Shown here one piece after another: positions 9,625 to 20,027 of a stretch of DNA of 64,000 nucleotides. This DNA is from Syntrophales bacterium. Lineage in GTDB: Bacteria > Desulfobacterota > Syntrophia > Syntrophales > UBA6807. Under the pieces are notes generated by a model that saw nothing but the letters and a program-made list of their open reading frames with translations, searched no databases and was not told where the DNA came from. The position numbers and the translations under genes are program-made. Each line of letters begins with the position of its first letter. The first letter of the stretch is position 1. The stretch spans positions 64,001 to 128,000 of the forward strand of contig JAXGPA010000006.1 in assembly GCA_040767195.1 (NCBI GenBank), in the 5' to 3' direction.

Positions 9625-10890
9625 ATGGAACGGATTACGTCCATCCGGGGATTCAGGGACATTCTCCCCGGCGAATCGGAAAAGTGGCAGTTCGTCGAGG
9701 AAAAGGCCCGTGAAATCTTCGGCGCTTACGGCGTCCGGGAAATCCGGATCCCCATCCTCGAAAAGACGGACCTCTTCCGCCGGGGGATCGGTGAAACCAC
9801 CGACGTGGTCGAGAAGGAAATGTACACGTTCGTGGATCGGGGTGAGGAATCCCTGACGCTCCGTCCCGAAGCGACGGCTTCGGTCATCCGCGCCTACATC
9901 GAGCACAATTTCTTTGAAACGGACCCGGTGACGAAACTTTTCACCATCGGCCCCATGTTCCGGCGCGAGCGGCCCCAGAAGGGGCGTTATCGCCAGTTCC
10001 ACCAGATCAACGTGGAAATGCTCGGCTATGAAGATCCCCGGATCGACGGGGAACTCATCAGCATGCTCATGCTGTTTCTTTCCGAGCTGGGAATCGGAGA
10101 CCTGGATCTCGAGATCAATTCGCTGGGTTGTGCGGACTGCCGCCCTGTTTTCCGGGAAGAGGTGGTCCGTTTTCTCGACCACAGGGAGGAAAGCCTCTGC
10201 CCCGACTGCCGGAGAAGGCTCCAGACCAACCCGCTCCGGGTTTTCGACTGCAAGGTGGAAACCTGCCGGGAAGCGGTCCGGGAAGCCCCGGTCATTCTCG
10301 ATTCCATCTGCGCCGGATGCCGCGATCACTTCGAGAAAGTCAAGGAACTTCTCGATGCCCTGGCCGTCCCCTTCCGGGTCAATCCCCGGATGGTCCGGGG
10401 TCTGGATTATTACAAGAGAACGGCTTTTGAGGTCATCGGTCACAGCCTGGGCTCCCAGAACGCCGTCGCCGGGGGAGGCCGATACGACGGGCTGGTCCAG
10501 GAACTGGGGGGGCCGGACATCCCCGGGATCGGCTTCGCCATCGGCTTTGAAAGGCTCGTTTCCATGCTTCCCGGCGACGAGACAAGTTTTTCCTCGAAGC
10601 CGTCCCTCTACATCGCCACCCTGGGAACGGCGGCGGAAACCTTCGCCTTCCGCCTTCTCCACGATCTCCGGAAGACGGGTCTTCAGGCGGAAACGGATTA
10701 CTCGGGGAAGAGCCTCAAGGCCCAGATGAAGCGGGCCGGGCGATCGGGGGCCCCTTACGTGCTCATCGTCGGGGAGAACGAACTGGCCGAGGGGGCCGTG
10801 GTCCTGCGAAACATGGGGGCGGGCACCCAGGAAAAAGTAGCCATAAGCGAACTTCATGCAAAATTGAAAGAAATCTTCCATGCGAGGTAA
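9625..10890 (+). CDS. hisS: Histidine--tRNA ligase
   Basis: LRPEATA, FRRERPQKGRYRQFHQ, VRGLDYY, GGGRYDGL. Confidence 0.98.
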   Translation: MERITSIRGFRDILPGESEKWQFVEEKAREIFGAYGVREIRIPILEKTDLFRRGIGETTDVVEKEMYTFVDRGEESLTLRPEATASVIRAYIEHNFFETDPVTKLFTIGPMFRRERPQKGRYRQFHQINVEMLGYEDPRIDGELISMLMLFLSELGIGDLDLEINSLGCADCRPVFREEVVRFLDHREESLCPDCRRRLQTNPLRVFDCKVETCREAVREAPVILDSICAGCRDHFEKVKELLDALAVPFRVNPRMVRGLDYYKRTAFEVIGHSLGSQNAVAGGGRYDGLVQELGGPDIPGIGFAIGFERLVSMLPGDETSFSSKPSLYIATLGTAAETFAFRLLHDLRKTGLQAETDYSGKSLKAQMKRAGRSGAPYVLIVGENELAEGAVVLRNMGAGTQEKVAISELHAKLKEIFHAR

Positions 10891-10896
10891 CGGGCC

Positions 10897-12672
10897 TTGT
10901 CTCTTTTTGTAACTGAACTGAAAAGAACACATTACTGCGGTGACCTCCGCCTTTCCCAGGAGGGGCGGGAGGTCGTTCTCATGGGGTGGACCCACCGCCG
11001 CCGGGATCACGGGGGCGTCATCTTCGTCGACCTTCGGGACAGGTCCGGGCTGGTCCAGGTCGTGTTCAATCCCGAAATCGCCTCGGAGTCCCACCAGGAG
11101 GCCAAGAAGATCCGAAGCGAGTATGTTCTGGCCGTCCGGGGCACGGTCCGGCGCCGGCCGCCGGACATGGTGAACCCCAACATGGAAACGGGGGAGATCG
11201 AGGTCATGGTGGACGACCTCGAAATTCTCAACGAGTCAAAAACGCCCCCCTTTCTCATCGAGGGGGGGGAAGACATCTCCGAGAACATCCGTCTGCGGTA
11301 CCGGTACCTGGATCTCCGAAGGCCGCCCATTCAGCGAAACCTCTTTTTGAGAAGCCAGGTCGCCCGGGAAACGCGGAACTACCTTTCCGACAAGGGGTTC
11401 ATCGAGGTGGAAACGCCCTTCCTCACGAAAAGCACCCCCGAAGGGGCGCGAGACTACCTCGTCCCGAGCCGGATCAACCAGGGCATGTTCTACGCCCTGC
11501 CCCAATCCCCCCAGCTCTTCAAGCAGCTTCTCATGGTGTCCGGTTTCGACCGCTATTTCCAGGTCGTCAAGTGCTTCAGGGACGAGGATCTTCGGGCGGA
11601 CCGCCAGCCCGAGTTCACCCAGATCGACATCGAGATGTCCTTCATCACCGAAGACGACATCATCGCCACCATGGAAGGCCTCATGGCTCACATCTTCAAA
11701 GCCGGGCTGGGAATCGACATCCCTCTCCCCATCCCCAGGCTTTCCTATAAAGAGGCCATCGATTCCTATGGCCGGGACAACCCGGACACCCGGTTCGGCA
11801 TGAAGCTCGTGAACATCACCGATGTGTTGAGGAACTCGGGGTTCCAGGTTTTTGCGGAAGTAATCCAGCGGGGCGGTATCGTCAAGGCCATCAAGGTGGA
11901 AGAAGGGAAGAGGCTTTCCCGTAAGGACCTGGATGAGCTGACGAACTTCGTCGGCATTTACGGGAGCGCGGGACTGGCCTGGGCCCGGGTCAATCCCGAC
12001 GGGTGGACGTCACCGGTCTTCAAGTTCCTGAAACCGGAGGAGGTGGAAGGGATCAACCGGGCCATGGACGCTGTTCCGGGAGACCTGATCCTTATGGTGG
12101 CCGATGTGCCGAGGGTCGTTCACGATTCCCTTGGAAACCTGAGAATTCACCTGGCCCAGAAGCTCGGCCTGGTGAAGCCGGGAACGTTCTCCTTCGTCTG
12201 GATCGTGGAATTTCCCATGTTCGAGTACAGCGAAACGGAAAAGCGATACATGGCGACCCATCACCCTTTCACGTCCCCCGTCATGGAGGACCTCTCCTTC
12301 CTGGAAACGGACCCCGGAAAAGTCCGGGCGCGGGCTTACGACCTGGTCCTCAACGGGTCGGAAATCGGCGGCGGGAGCATCCGGATCCACCGCCAGGACG
12401 TCCAGTCCCGGGTCTTCGACGCCCTGGGGCTCTCCCAGGAGGAAGCCCGGACGAAGTTCGGTTTTCTTCTCGATGCCCTGGAATACGGGACACCCCCTCA
12501 CGGCGGCATTGCCTTCGGGTTCGACCGGATCATCATGCTCATGACGGGCGCCGAATCCATCCGGGATGTCATCGCCTTTCCGAAGACCCAGAAGGCCACC
12601 TGCCTCCTCACGGGGGCCCCTTCGGAAGCCACGGTGGAACAGCTCATGGACCTTTCCATAAAGACCGTCTGA
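10897..12672 (+). CDS. aspS: Aspartate--tRNA ligase (RRRDHGG suggests non-discriminating Asp/Asn type)
   Basis: [55 protein letters not shown] start. Confidence 0.97.
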   Translation: MSLFVTELKRTHYCGDLRLSQEGREVVLMGWTHRRRDHGGVIFVDLRDRSGLVQVVFNPEIASESHQEAKKIRSEYVLAVRGTVRRRPPDMVNPNMETGEIEVMVDDLEILNESKTPPFLIEGGEDISENIRLRYRYLDLRRPPIQRNLFLRSQVARETRNYLSDKGFIEVETPFLTKSTPEGARDYLVPSRINQGMFYALPQSPQLFKQLLMVSGFDRYFQVVKCFRDEDLRADRQPEFTQIDIEMSFITEDDIIATMEGLMAHIFKAGLGIDIPLPIPRLSYKEAIDSYGRDNPDTRFGMKLVNITDVLRNSGFQVFAEVIQRGGIVKAIKVEEGKRLSRKDLDELTNFVGIYGSAGLAWARVNPDGWTSPVFKFLKPEEVEGINRAMDAVPGDLILMVADVPRVVHDSLGNLRIHLAQKLGLVKPGTFSFVWIVEFPMFEYSETEKRYMATHHPFTSPVMEDLSFLETDPGKVRARAYDLVLNGSEIGGGSIRIHRQDVQSRVFDALGLSQEEARTKFGFLLDALEYGTPPHGGIAFGFDRIIMLMTGAESIRDVIAFPKTQKATCLLTGAPSEATVEQLMDLSIKTV

Positions 12673-12809
12673 ACAGCCGGCGAAACAAGGGCGGATTGTC
12701 GATGGATGGATTGACCTTGACAAAGGAAGCTTTTAATCGCTATAAATACAAGTGAGTAAATGAAACGGATCGGTTCCGAAAAGGAATCGACGGAAAAGGA
12801 GGAGAAATC

Positions 12810-13301
12810 ATGATAAACAAAAGGCGTCTTTACGTGTTCGTAACCCTGCTGATCGCCGGCCTCTTCGCCTTCGTTATCGGCGGCTGCTGCCCCAAAAAAC
12901 CAGCGGAGACGGCGGCCCCGGCTGAAGAGACCGTGGTGGTGACGGCGGTGGCGGTGGCCGAGGAAGTTCCTCCCAAGCCTCTCGAGGAAGTGGAGGCGAT
13001 CGTGGTGGTGGAAGAGGTGGTTATCGCCGCTCCGGAAATGGAATACCACCTGGTAAAGAGGGGGGAATGCCTCTGGTGGATCGCCGAATACGAGGACGTC
13101 TACAACGATCCCTTCATGTGGCCCATCATCTATGACGCCAACAAGGACAAGATCAGCAATCCCGACCTGATTTACCCGGGCCAGGAACTGAAGATCCCCC
13201 GGCTGGGATACACGATGGATGATCTCCAGGAGATGAGGCGTTCCGCGGGAGCGCCCCGGCCCTACGCGCCGCCCGAAGGCGCCCAGCTTCCCATTCAGTA
13301 A
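12810..13301 (+). CDS. LysM peptidoglycan-binding lipoprotein
   Basis: Signal peptide ending IGGC; LysM YHLVKRGECLWWIA...WPIIYDAN...NPDLIYPGQELKIP; AGGAGG RBS. Confidence 0.88.
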   Translation: MINKRRLYVFVTLLIAGLFAFVIGGCCPKKPAETAAPAEETVVVTAVAVAEEVPPKPLEEVEAIVVVEEVVIAAPEMEYHLVKRGECLWWIAEYEDVYNDPFMWPIIYDANKDKISNPDLIYPGQELKIPRLGYTMDDLQEMRRSAGAPRPYAPPEGAQLPIQ

Positions 13302-13324
13302 AAACAGCTTGCCATGTTAAAACG

Positions 13325-13356
13325 AGAGAGGGCACGTTGTGCCCTCTCTTTTTTTT
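13325..13356 (+). terminator. Rho-independent terminator
   Basis: AGAGAGGGCAC-GTT-GTGCCCTCTCT followed by a T tract. Confidence 0.8.
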
Positions 13357-13561
13357 CACCCTTGCACCATGTCAAATTCCGACACCGGCGATAGTGGTGC
13401 ACCACGTTGTTTCCTCATTTCCGCAAACTTTTAAAAAACTGACTAAGCGGTTGGCAGTGACATGTTTGTGTATTCCCGACCCCGAAAAAAAGGGAGGGAA
13501 AAAGCGCGGAAGGGGTCTCTTCGACCTTAAAGCCGGATTTTGGGGGTCAAAAAGGGCTGTT

Positions 13562-13631
13562 TAAGGCCAAAAAAGAGGGCAAAAAAGGCTCTTTATTCTA
13601 ATATATCAGATGCTTGCCTTGGTCCGACCCC
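13562..13631 (-). repeat. Partial copy of GGGGTCRGACCAAG-ended MITE-like element
   Basis: Minus strand begins GGGGTCGGACCAAG with GGCCTTA at offset 63, the same offset as the copies at 16222 and 40552. Confidence 0.6.
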
Positions 13632-13722
13632 ATTATGACTTCTATCAAACACTCTCCCGCCCGGCGATCTTGACATCACGTAACCTTCGTGCGAAGAAAT
13701 TAAAAAATACGGAGAATAGCCA

Positions 13723-16170
13723 ATGAAAGGATTGTACCGGGTTTTTCTTGTCTCGCTGTGGTTCTCGATTATGATCGGGTGTGCTGATGATTCCAATACG
13801 TCGCCGGAAGCTCCGCCCTTGCCGGACAGGCCGACGCAACTGTCCGGAGAGTCCTGGATGTCCTACAGCCGGGACGATATCATCAACCGGAGGCTTAACG
13901 ACATCGCCATCCCCGGGACTCACGATTCCGGCACGTACGGTATCACCGCGGACTCGAGTGCAGCGGATGACAAAAAAGGGCTGTCCGTTGTCATGAAATG
14001 GATTGATGACATGGAAAATAAGTGGTACGGCCCGGTACTGGACAGTTTCGGCGTTCTTCAAGCCGTTGATGACGCAGGGAAGGAAATCACCTCCTGGTGG
14101 GCAAGAACGCAGCGGGATGATTTCTCCACCCAGCTCCTCAACGGTATCCGCTATTTCGACCTTCGGGTACAGCAAAGGCACACAAGCTCCTTTTACTGCG
14201 TCCATTCCCTGCTGGGGGCGAATCTGGATGACCTCCTCGACGGCATCGACTCGTTCTACCGTCTCCCCGATGCCGGCCTTGAGATTCTCATTCTGGATTT
14301 CCAGCACACCTTTGACATGGACCATAACGCCTTTGTGGATATGCTGAAGACACGCCTCAGGGACAAAAACGGCAGCAGCCTCATAATTCCCCGAGGGACG
14401 AATCTGCATTTGAAATCGCTCTGGGAAACGAGCCGGCGAATCCTGGTTTTCTACGACGACGAGGCCACGGTGGCAAAGCATCCGGAGCTTTGGTACAGCT
14501 CCAGCGTGAGAACCGGCTCTCAAATACTGTCGCCATGGCCCAACACCGACAAGGCGCACGTACTGTATAAATTTCTGGGTGAAGGCCTCAACAATACAAT
14601 AGACAGATACCGCAAGAGCGGGAAGTTAACCGTCCTGCAGGCCCTGGCAACGGAGAATTCCAAGGACGTCGCCCTTTCCATAGAACAGCATGTCTTCAAT
14701 CTCTTCAATCATGTACCAATTCTCGGACATATATTGAGAAAACTTGGTTTCGGCCATGTGGGCCCCATGAATTTCTTCGACTTCAACTTCGGAGGAGGTA
14801 CCCTGGCGGACCGGTTGAACGACCCTTCTTACAAGGAACTGGCGGCTTACAGGGCAAACATCATCATCATCGACGATTACTCCCATTTTTACTACATCAA
14901 AGACAACGGAGAGGCGGGTGACTACATCGACCTTGTCTGCGAATTGAACGCCACCAGAAACGCCCCACGTCCATACAGCGGTTCCGTCACCTATCAGACG
15001 GCGAATTTCACCGCGGACCACTACAAATCGTACCCCATGGAGATTCGTTTCGTCAACACGGGAGAACGGACCTGGGATCCCCCCGGTCCGGATGTCACCG
15101 ACGGTGGCGTTTATCTCGGAACGGCAGCCCCCTATGACCGAATAACCCATTTGTATACAGACGATGGAAACTGGGTTTCGCAAACCCGCATCCGGATGCA
15201 GAACACTTCCCCCGTGAGGCCGGGAGAGGAAGCGGTCTTCAAATTCTCTGTGACACCCGATGATTATTATGAATCGTCATTCCAGACATTCGAGTTGGTC
15301 GCTTATCCTGAGGGAGGGGCGAAGACCTGGTTCGGCGGCTGCCATGGCAACACGGACATCCATATCCTGACGGACAAGCTTTACTACGGAAGCCACTTGA
15401 AATCAAGGAGCCCGGGTGTGACCGTTCCCCAGTTTGACGGAACGAACCTATCGGTCACATTTACGAATACGGGCAACATGCCATGGTTTCCCGATGTGGT
15501 TTTCCTCGGGACGAAGACAGGTGGTACCATCGACTCAACGTACTGGTACACCAATGACGGCAACTGGGTTTCCAAGTCACGCATCAGGATGCAGAATATG
15601 GTTCCCGTCATGCCGGGAGAAGACGCGGTTTTCGATCTTACAGCGACGGCCGCCTTTGGGGCATATCCGTGGCTCATGCTCGAACTGGTGGCTGACAAGG
15701 CTGCCGGGGTCGTACCGGCGGGCTGGTTCGGCAGCCAGGGGGATGTCACCTGGCATCTTCCGCTCATTTTTCCCTGGGACGCAGGATCACTTACCGGAGA
15801 ACTGGTGGATAAAAGCCCCGACTGTACGATAAGGCGCGGCGATTCACAAACCCTGAGGTTCGTCTTCCGCAATACGGGGAAAATAACCTGGTACCCGGAC
15901 ATGGCCTATCTTGACTACGTGCCTCCCGGATCCGGCGCCGCGGGGCTCTTCACCGATGACGGCAACTGGTTTACCGTTAACAAGATCAGCCTGAAGGACA
16001 TGGTGCCCGTGAAACCCGGAGAGGAAGGGACTTTCGAGTTTCTGGCTACCCCGGACAGCCATGCCGAAACAGGCGATTACGGGTTTCATATCAGGATGGA
16101 CATCTGGTTCGTGGCCGGGTGGGACGTGAAGGGCACGGAGGAAACAATCCGCATCACCGTAACGGAATGA
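13723..16170 (+). CDS. Lipoprotein with PI-PLC X-type phosphodiesterase domain and three Ig-like (NBR1-type) repeats
   Basis: Lipobox-like MIGC; IPGTHDSG, QLLNGIRYFDLRV, CVH; three repeats F.NTG...W ... T.DGNW ... V.PGE...F. Confidence 0.8.
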   Translation: MKGLYRVFLVSLWFSIMIGCADDSNTSPEAPPLPDRPTQLSGESWMSYSRDDIINRRLNDIAIPGTHDSGTYGITADSSAADDKKGLSVVMKWIDDMENKWYGPVLDSFGVLQAVDDAGKEITSWWARTQRDDFSTQLLNGIRYFDLRVQQRHTSSFYCVHSLLGANLDDLLDGIDSFYRLPDAGLEILILDFQHTFDMDHNAFVDMLKTRLRDKNGSSLIIPRGTNLHLKSLWETSRRILVFYDDEATVAKHPELWYSSSVRTGSQILSPWPNTDKAHVLYKFLGEGLNNTIDRYRKSGKLTVLQALATENSKDVALSIEQHVFNLFNHVPILGHILRKLGFGHVGPMNFFDFNFGGGTLADRLNDPSYKELAAYRANIIIIDDYSHFYYIKDNGEAGDYIDLVCELNATRNAPRPYSGSVTYQTANFTADHYKSYPMEIRFVNTGERTWDPPGPDVTDGGVYLGTAAPYDRITHLYTDDGNWVSQTRIRMQNTSPVRPGEEAVFKFSVTPDDYYESSFQTFELVAYPEGGAKTWFGGCHGNTDIHILTDKLYYGSHLKSRSPGVTVPQFDGTNLSVTFTNTGNMPWFPDVVFLGTKTGGTIDSTYWYTNDGNWVSKSRIRMQNMVPVMPGEDAVFDLTATAAFGAYPWLMLELVADKAAGVVPAGWFGSQGDVTWHLPLIFPWDAGSLTGELVDKSPDCTIRRGDSQTLRFVFRNTGKITWYPDMAYLDYVPPGSGAAGLFTDDGNWFTVNKISLKDMVPVKPGEEGTFEFLATPDSHAETGDYGFHIRMDIWFVAGWDVKGTEETIRITVTE

Positions 16171-16221
16171 GAAGGTAAGGTATCTGCGCCGACGAACCCA
16201 CGATGACGGGTGGAGGGTGGA

Positions 16222-16398
16222 GGGGTCAGACCAAGATAATATATTTATTTAATTGGATATATCTCTAAAATAAAGACGTTTTTAGGCCTTAGAAGGATCA
16301 TTTCAGGGTTAAAAATGATGCTGTAGCGCTCTGAGGGCTTTCGAAGAATCTGCAAGCCCCTGTCCTGCAGGGGCCGGGCATTACCTTGGTCCGACCCC
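16222..16398. mobile_element. 177-bp MITE-like element with 14-bp terminal inverted repeats
   Basis: GGGGTCAGACCAAG (16222-16235) ... CTTGGTCCGACCCC (16385-16398), 1 mismatch; AT-rich interior; no transposase. Confidence 0.65.
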
Positions 16399-16665
16399 AG
16401 CATCACCCCTAATATCACCCCACTATCTTTAGAATTTCTCGGCCGCCTTCGTCAGGAGGTGGCGGGTGGTCTCGTTGAACCGTCGGCTGCATCACGTTCG
16501 TCTTCAACTCATTCAACACCGTTATCTTTTAAAACACTACCATACAGGGGTGCCCGGCCCGGCGAAAAGGAGATCCCCTTTCATGACTCGGGAAAACGAA
16601 ACCCTCCAGAAGGTGATGGAGCGGAGCCGGAAAAGCGGACAACCCATCGTCTCCCGGACCCCCCA

Positions 16666-18627
16666 CTATTCTTCGACGTACCACTCTTCGAAGGGGAGAT
16701 CGTCCTCTCCGCGGAAGGCGGGGACCAGTTCCCGGACGAACCGGGAGGGCTCGAGGGGGGATCGCCGGAAGCCCCGGGAGGCGTCGGTGACGGGGTGGCA
16801 CAGGTAGAGCTGGTCCTTCGCCCGGGTGACGGCCACGTAAAAAAGCCGTCTCTCCTCCTCGATCCCCCGGGGGTCGCCCAGGGCCCGGTAGAGGGGGAAC
16901 ATCCCCTCGGTGCACCAGGCGACAAAGACGACGGACCACTCGAGCCCCTTGGCCTGGTGGACCGTTCCGAGGATGACCCTTTCAGCGGCGGCCCCGGCAG
17001 CGATCCGGTCGTTCTCCTCCCCCTGCCCGCCCATGAGGGCCAGTTCACCGAGGAAATCCGAAACACCGGAAAAACGGCCGGCGAACCGGGCCAGCCGGAC
17101 CAGGTCCTCCTCCCGCGCCTCGGGATCGGAAAAGGCCTCTTTCATGTACGCCCGGTAACCGCCGTCGAGAATGGACAGGATGGCCTTTCCCGGATCGGGG
17201 GAACCGCTCCCGGGAACGAATGATTCAAGAAGCCTCCGCACCACCGCGAGGGCGTCCGCGGCGCTTTTCCGGGCATTCGGCAGAAAGTCCGGGCCCAGCA
17301 GGGTTTCCAGGGGGGTTCCCGTGCCGGACAGGGACTGCCATATCTTATCGGCGGTGGCGGCCCCGATGCCGCGCTGCATGAGGAGAATTCTCCGCCAGGC
17401 CGCCTCGTCCATGGGGTTGTCGAAGATCCTGAGGCACGCCGTCACGTCCCGGACATGGGCCTGCTCGACGAACCGTATCCCCGAGCGAAGCTCGAAGGGA
17501 ATCCCCCTTTTCGTCATCTCCATCTGCAGTTCCGTGGAGAGGTGGTGGGCCCGGTACAGGACGGCCATGTCCCGGAGGGGCACCCCCTCCCCCGCCAGTT
17601 CCTCGATCCGTTGGGCGACGAAAAGGGCCTGCTGAAAAGGGTTTCGAAGGGGGACATAGGCCGGCTTGAGGCCTCTTTTCTTGATGGACCGCAGTTCTTT
17701 CCGGAACGTCCCTTCGGCGCAGGTGATGCAGAGGTTGGCCATGTGCAGGATTTCCGGCGTGCTCCGATAATTCGTTTCGAGCTTGAAGACTTTCGCGCCG
17801 GGATAGCGGCGGGGGAAGCGGAGAATGTTTTCGTGATCGGCGCCCCGGAAAGAATAGATGCTCTGGGAGTCGTCCCCCACGACGAGAAGGTTGCCGTGTT
17901 TCAGGGCAAGGAGGTCGAGGATCTCCGCCTGGACGGCGTTCGTGTCCTGGTATTCGTCCACGAGAATGTGGAGAAATTTTTCACAATAGTGTTCCCGGAC
18001 CTCGGGGTCGGAAAGGAGGAGATCCCGGAGATTGACCAGGAGATCGTCGAAATCCATGGCGTTCCCCTCTTTCTTCCGGGCTTCGTAACGGGCCATGACG
18101 CTCTCGAGCATCTCCGGGGACAGGCCGTCCCGGCGTGAAGCGCGAAGTCGGACCACCCGGGAAAGGGGCTCGCCGGTGTTGCGGGCGTAACTGATGCAGT
18201 CCCGGACGGTCCGGTCCCTGGGCCCGTCCTTCCGCCCGGTCATCCCCAGGTCCGCCATGGAGCGGTGGACGAGGTGCCGGGAATCCTCCTCGTCGAGAAT
18301 GGTAAAGCTTCTGTCGTAACCGACGCGGTGGGCCCAGGAACGGAGAACCCGGTTGGCCAGGTGGTGAAAGGTCCCGCCCCACAGCCGGCTGCAGTCCCGG
18401 GGAACCCGTTCCTGCACCCGGGACAGCATGTCCCGGGCCGCCTTGTTGGTGAAGGTGGCCAGGAGAATCCTTTCGGGGTCCACTCCCTCCTCGACGAGGC
18501 GGGCGACGCGGAACGTGAGGGCCCGGGTCTTGCCGCTCCCCGCCCCGGCGATGACGAGAATCGGTCCATCCCCGGCGAAAACCACGGCACGCTGTTCCGG
18601 GTTCAGCAATTTTTCATAGTCGTTCAT
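16666..18627 (-). CDS. ATP-dependent DNA helicase, UvrD/PcrA/Rep family
   Basis: AGAGSGKT, TFTNKAA, VDEYQD, GDDSQSIY, NYRS, TVHQAKGLEW, EERRLFYVAVTRA. Confidence 0.93.
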   Translation of the reverse strand: MNDYEKLLNPEQRAVVFAGDGPILVIAGAGSGKTRALTFRVARLVEEGVDPERILLATFTNKAARDMLSRVQERVPRDCSRLWGGTFHHLANRVLRSWAHRVGYDRSFTILDEEDSRHLVHRSMADLGMTGRKDGPRDRTVRDCISYARNTGEPLSRVVRLRASRRDGLSPEMLESVMARYEARKKEGNAMDFDDLLVNLRDLLLSDPEVREHYCEKFLHILVDEYQDTNAVQAEILDLLALKHGNLLVVGDDSQSIYSFRGADHENILRFPRRYPGAKVFKLETNYRSTPEILHMANLCITCAEGTFRKELRSIKKRGLKPAYVPLRNPFQQALFVAQRIEELAGEGVPLRDMAVLYRAHHLSTELQMEMTKRGIPFELRSGIRFVEQAHVRDVTACLRIFDNPMDEAAWRRILLMQRGIGAATADKIWQSLSGTGTPLETLLGPDFLPNARKSAADALAVVRRLLESFVPGSGSPDPGKAILSILDGGYRAYMKEAFSDPEAREEDLVRLARFAGRFSGVSDFLGELALMGGQGEENDRIAAGAAAERVILGTVHQAKGLEWSVVFVAWCTEGMFPLYRALGDPRGIEEERRLFYVAVTRAKDQLYLCHPVTDASRGFRRSPLEPSRFVRELVPAFRGEDDLPFEEWYVEE

Positions 18628-18773
18628 GCCGGATTCGATGACGGTGAAAAAAGGGGGTCGCGCCGGGATGTCTCCGCCGCCGGAACAACGTCTGCCCGTC
18701 CGGGAGAACCGCCCGGGACGCCGCCCAGGCGGTCCCCGCCGGGCCCGTTCGCCGGCGTTGAGGCAAAGGACCG

Positions 18774-19409
18774 TTATTTCGTGATTTCCCTGACCGCTTC
18801 GGCGCTGCTCACGGAGAGGATGTTTCTCAAAAGCCCCTCTTTCTCGTAGAACCCGATGAGGGGGGCCGTCTTCTCGTTGTAAGTCTCGAGGCGGTTCGTG
18901 ATGGCCTCCTCCGTCTCGTCGTCCCTCTGGATCACCGGAGAGCCGCAGAGTTTGCACAGGCCGCCCGGTGCCGGGGGGTTGCTCTTCACGTTGTATATCG
19001 CCTGGCAGTCCGGGTTGGAACAGGTCCTCCGGGTGGTCAGCCGGTCGAGGATCACCTCCCGGGGAACCTCGAGATTCACCACGAAATCGAGGCGGATATC
19101 CAGTTTTTCGAGGAGTTTTTTCAGGGCCTCCGCCTGGGGAATCGTCCGGGGAAAACCATCGAGGATGAACCCTTCACGGCAATCCTTTTCGGCAAGCCTT
19201 TTTTCCATGATCCGCATGATCAGGTCATCGGGAACGAGGTCTCCCCGGTCCATGTAGGCCTTGGCCTCTTTTCCCAGGTCAGACCCTTCCCGGACGGCGG
19301 CCCTGAGAATGTCCCCCGTGGAAATCTGGACGGAACCGTCATATTCGGTCAGAAGCTTCGCCACCGTACCCTTCCCCGCTCCCGGGGCCCCGAGCAATAT
19401 GATGCGCAT
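18774..19409 (-). CDS. adk: Adenylate kinase
   Basis: GAPGAGKGT, ISTGDILR, LDGFPRT, Cys-containing LID, RDDE. Confidence 0.97.
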   Translation of the reverse strand: MRIILLGAPGAGKGTVAKLLTEYDGSVQISTGDILRAAVREGSDLGKEAKAYMDRGDLVPDDLIMRIMEKRLAEKDCREGFILDGFPRTIPQAEALKKLLEKLDIRLDFVVNLEVPREVILDRLTTRRTCSNPDCQAIYNVKSNPPAPGGLCKLCGSPVIQRDDETEEAITNRLETYNEKTAPLIGFYEKEGLLRNILSVSSAEAVREITK

Positions 19410-19491
19410 GAAAATACCTCCCTGTCACGAATTCGAAAACGACCCTTTAAGACAAACGGGGGAAGAGGTCAAGAACTTTCCCCGGCGGCCG

Positions 19492-19992
19492 TCAGGGCTT
19501 CACGGGGAGTTCCCTTTCCGTTTCATTCCGCTCGTAGATGTCGATGGGCGGGGTGCCGAGAAAGACGTTCCCGTCCGCCACCTTGACGAAGGTCGTGCCC
19601 TTCATGACGGAAAACCAGACCCCGACGGTGTCTCCCCCGGGGGCCTCGACACGGAAGCCGTGGAGGCCCGAACCCGTCGCCAGGACCCGGTGCGCCATGG
19701 CCCCGACGAGGTCCTTCAGCGTGTCATCGTCGAGGTCCCTTCTTTTCCAGAGTTCCGACTGGAGGGTGTAGGCCCTGCTGATCCCCACGATGGCGTTTGG
19801 AAGGTTGTCGGAGCCGCTGATGTAGTAAACCAGTCCCGGGTCCACCCGGTACGCCTCGAACCGGGCCGTGACGTCCTTGTCGATGACGAACCGCCCGTAT
19901 TCATGCATCTGCCGGGCGGCACACCCGGAAAGGGTCAGAAGACACAAAACCGCCGCGACGCGAACCCATGCGCTGTTTCCCATGCCGTTCAT
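19492..19992 (-). CDS. Hypothetical lipoprotein
   Basis: Lipobox LSGC; AGGAG RBS; genome-typical codon use. Confidence 0.7.
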   Translation of the reverse strand: MNGMGNSAWVRVAAVLCLLTLSGCAARQMHEYGRFVIDKDVTARFEAYRVDPGLVYYISGSDNLPNAIVGISRAYTLQSELWKRRDLDDDTLKDLVGAMAHRVLATGSGLHGFRVEAPGGDTVGVWFSVMKGTTFVKVADGNVFLGTPPIDIYERNETERELPVKP

Positions 19993-20027
19993 GAATCGCT
20001 CCTTTCTTGACTCTTTTTAGGCTAACT

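Noticed and set aside
16466..16807. Small plus-strand ORF (MTRENETLQKV...) after the MITE
   Set aside because: Overlaps the helicase 3' end on the opposite strand with no recognisable domain; at most a remnant.
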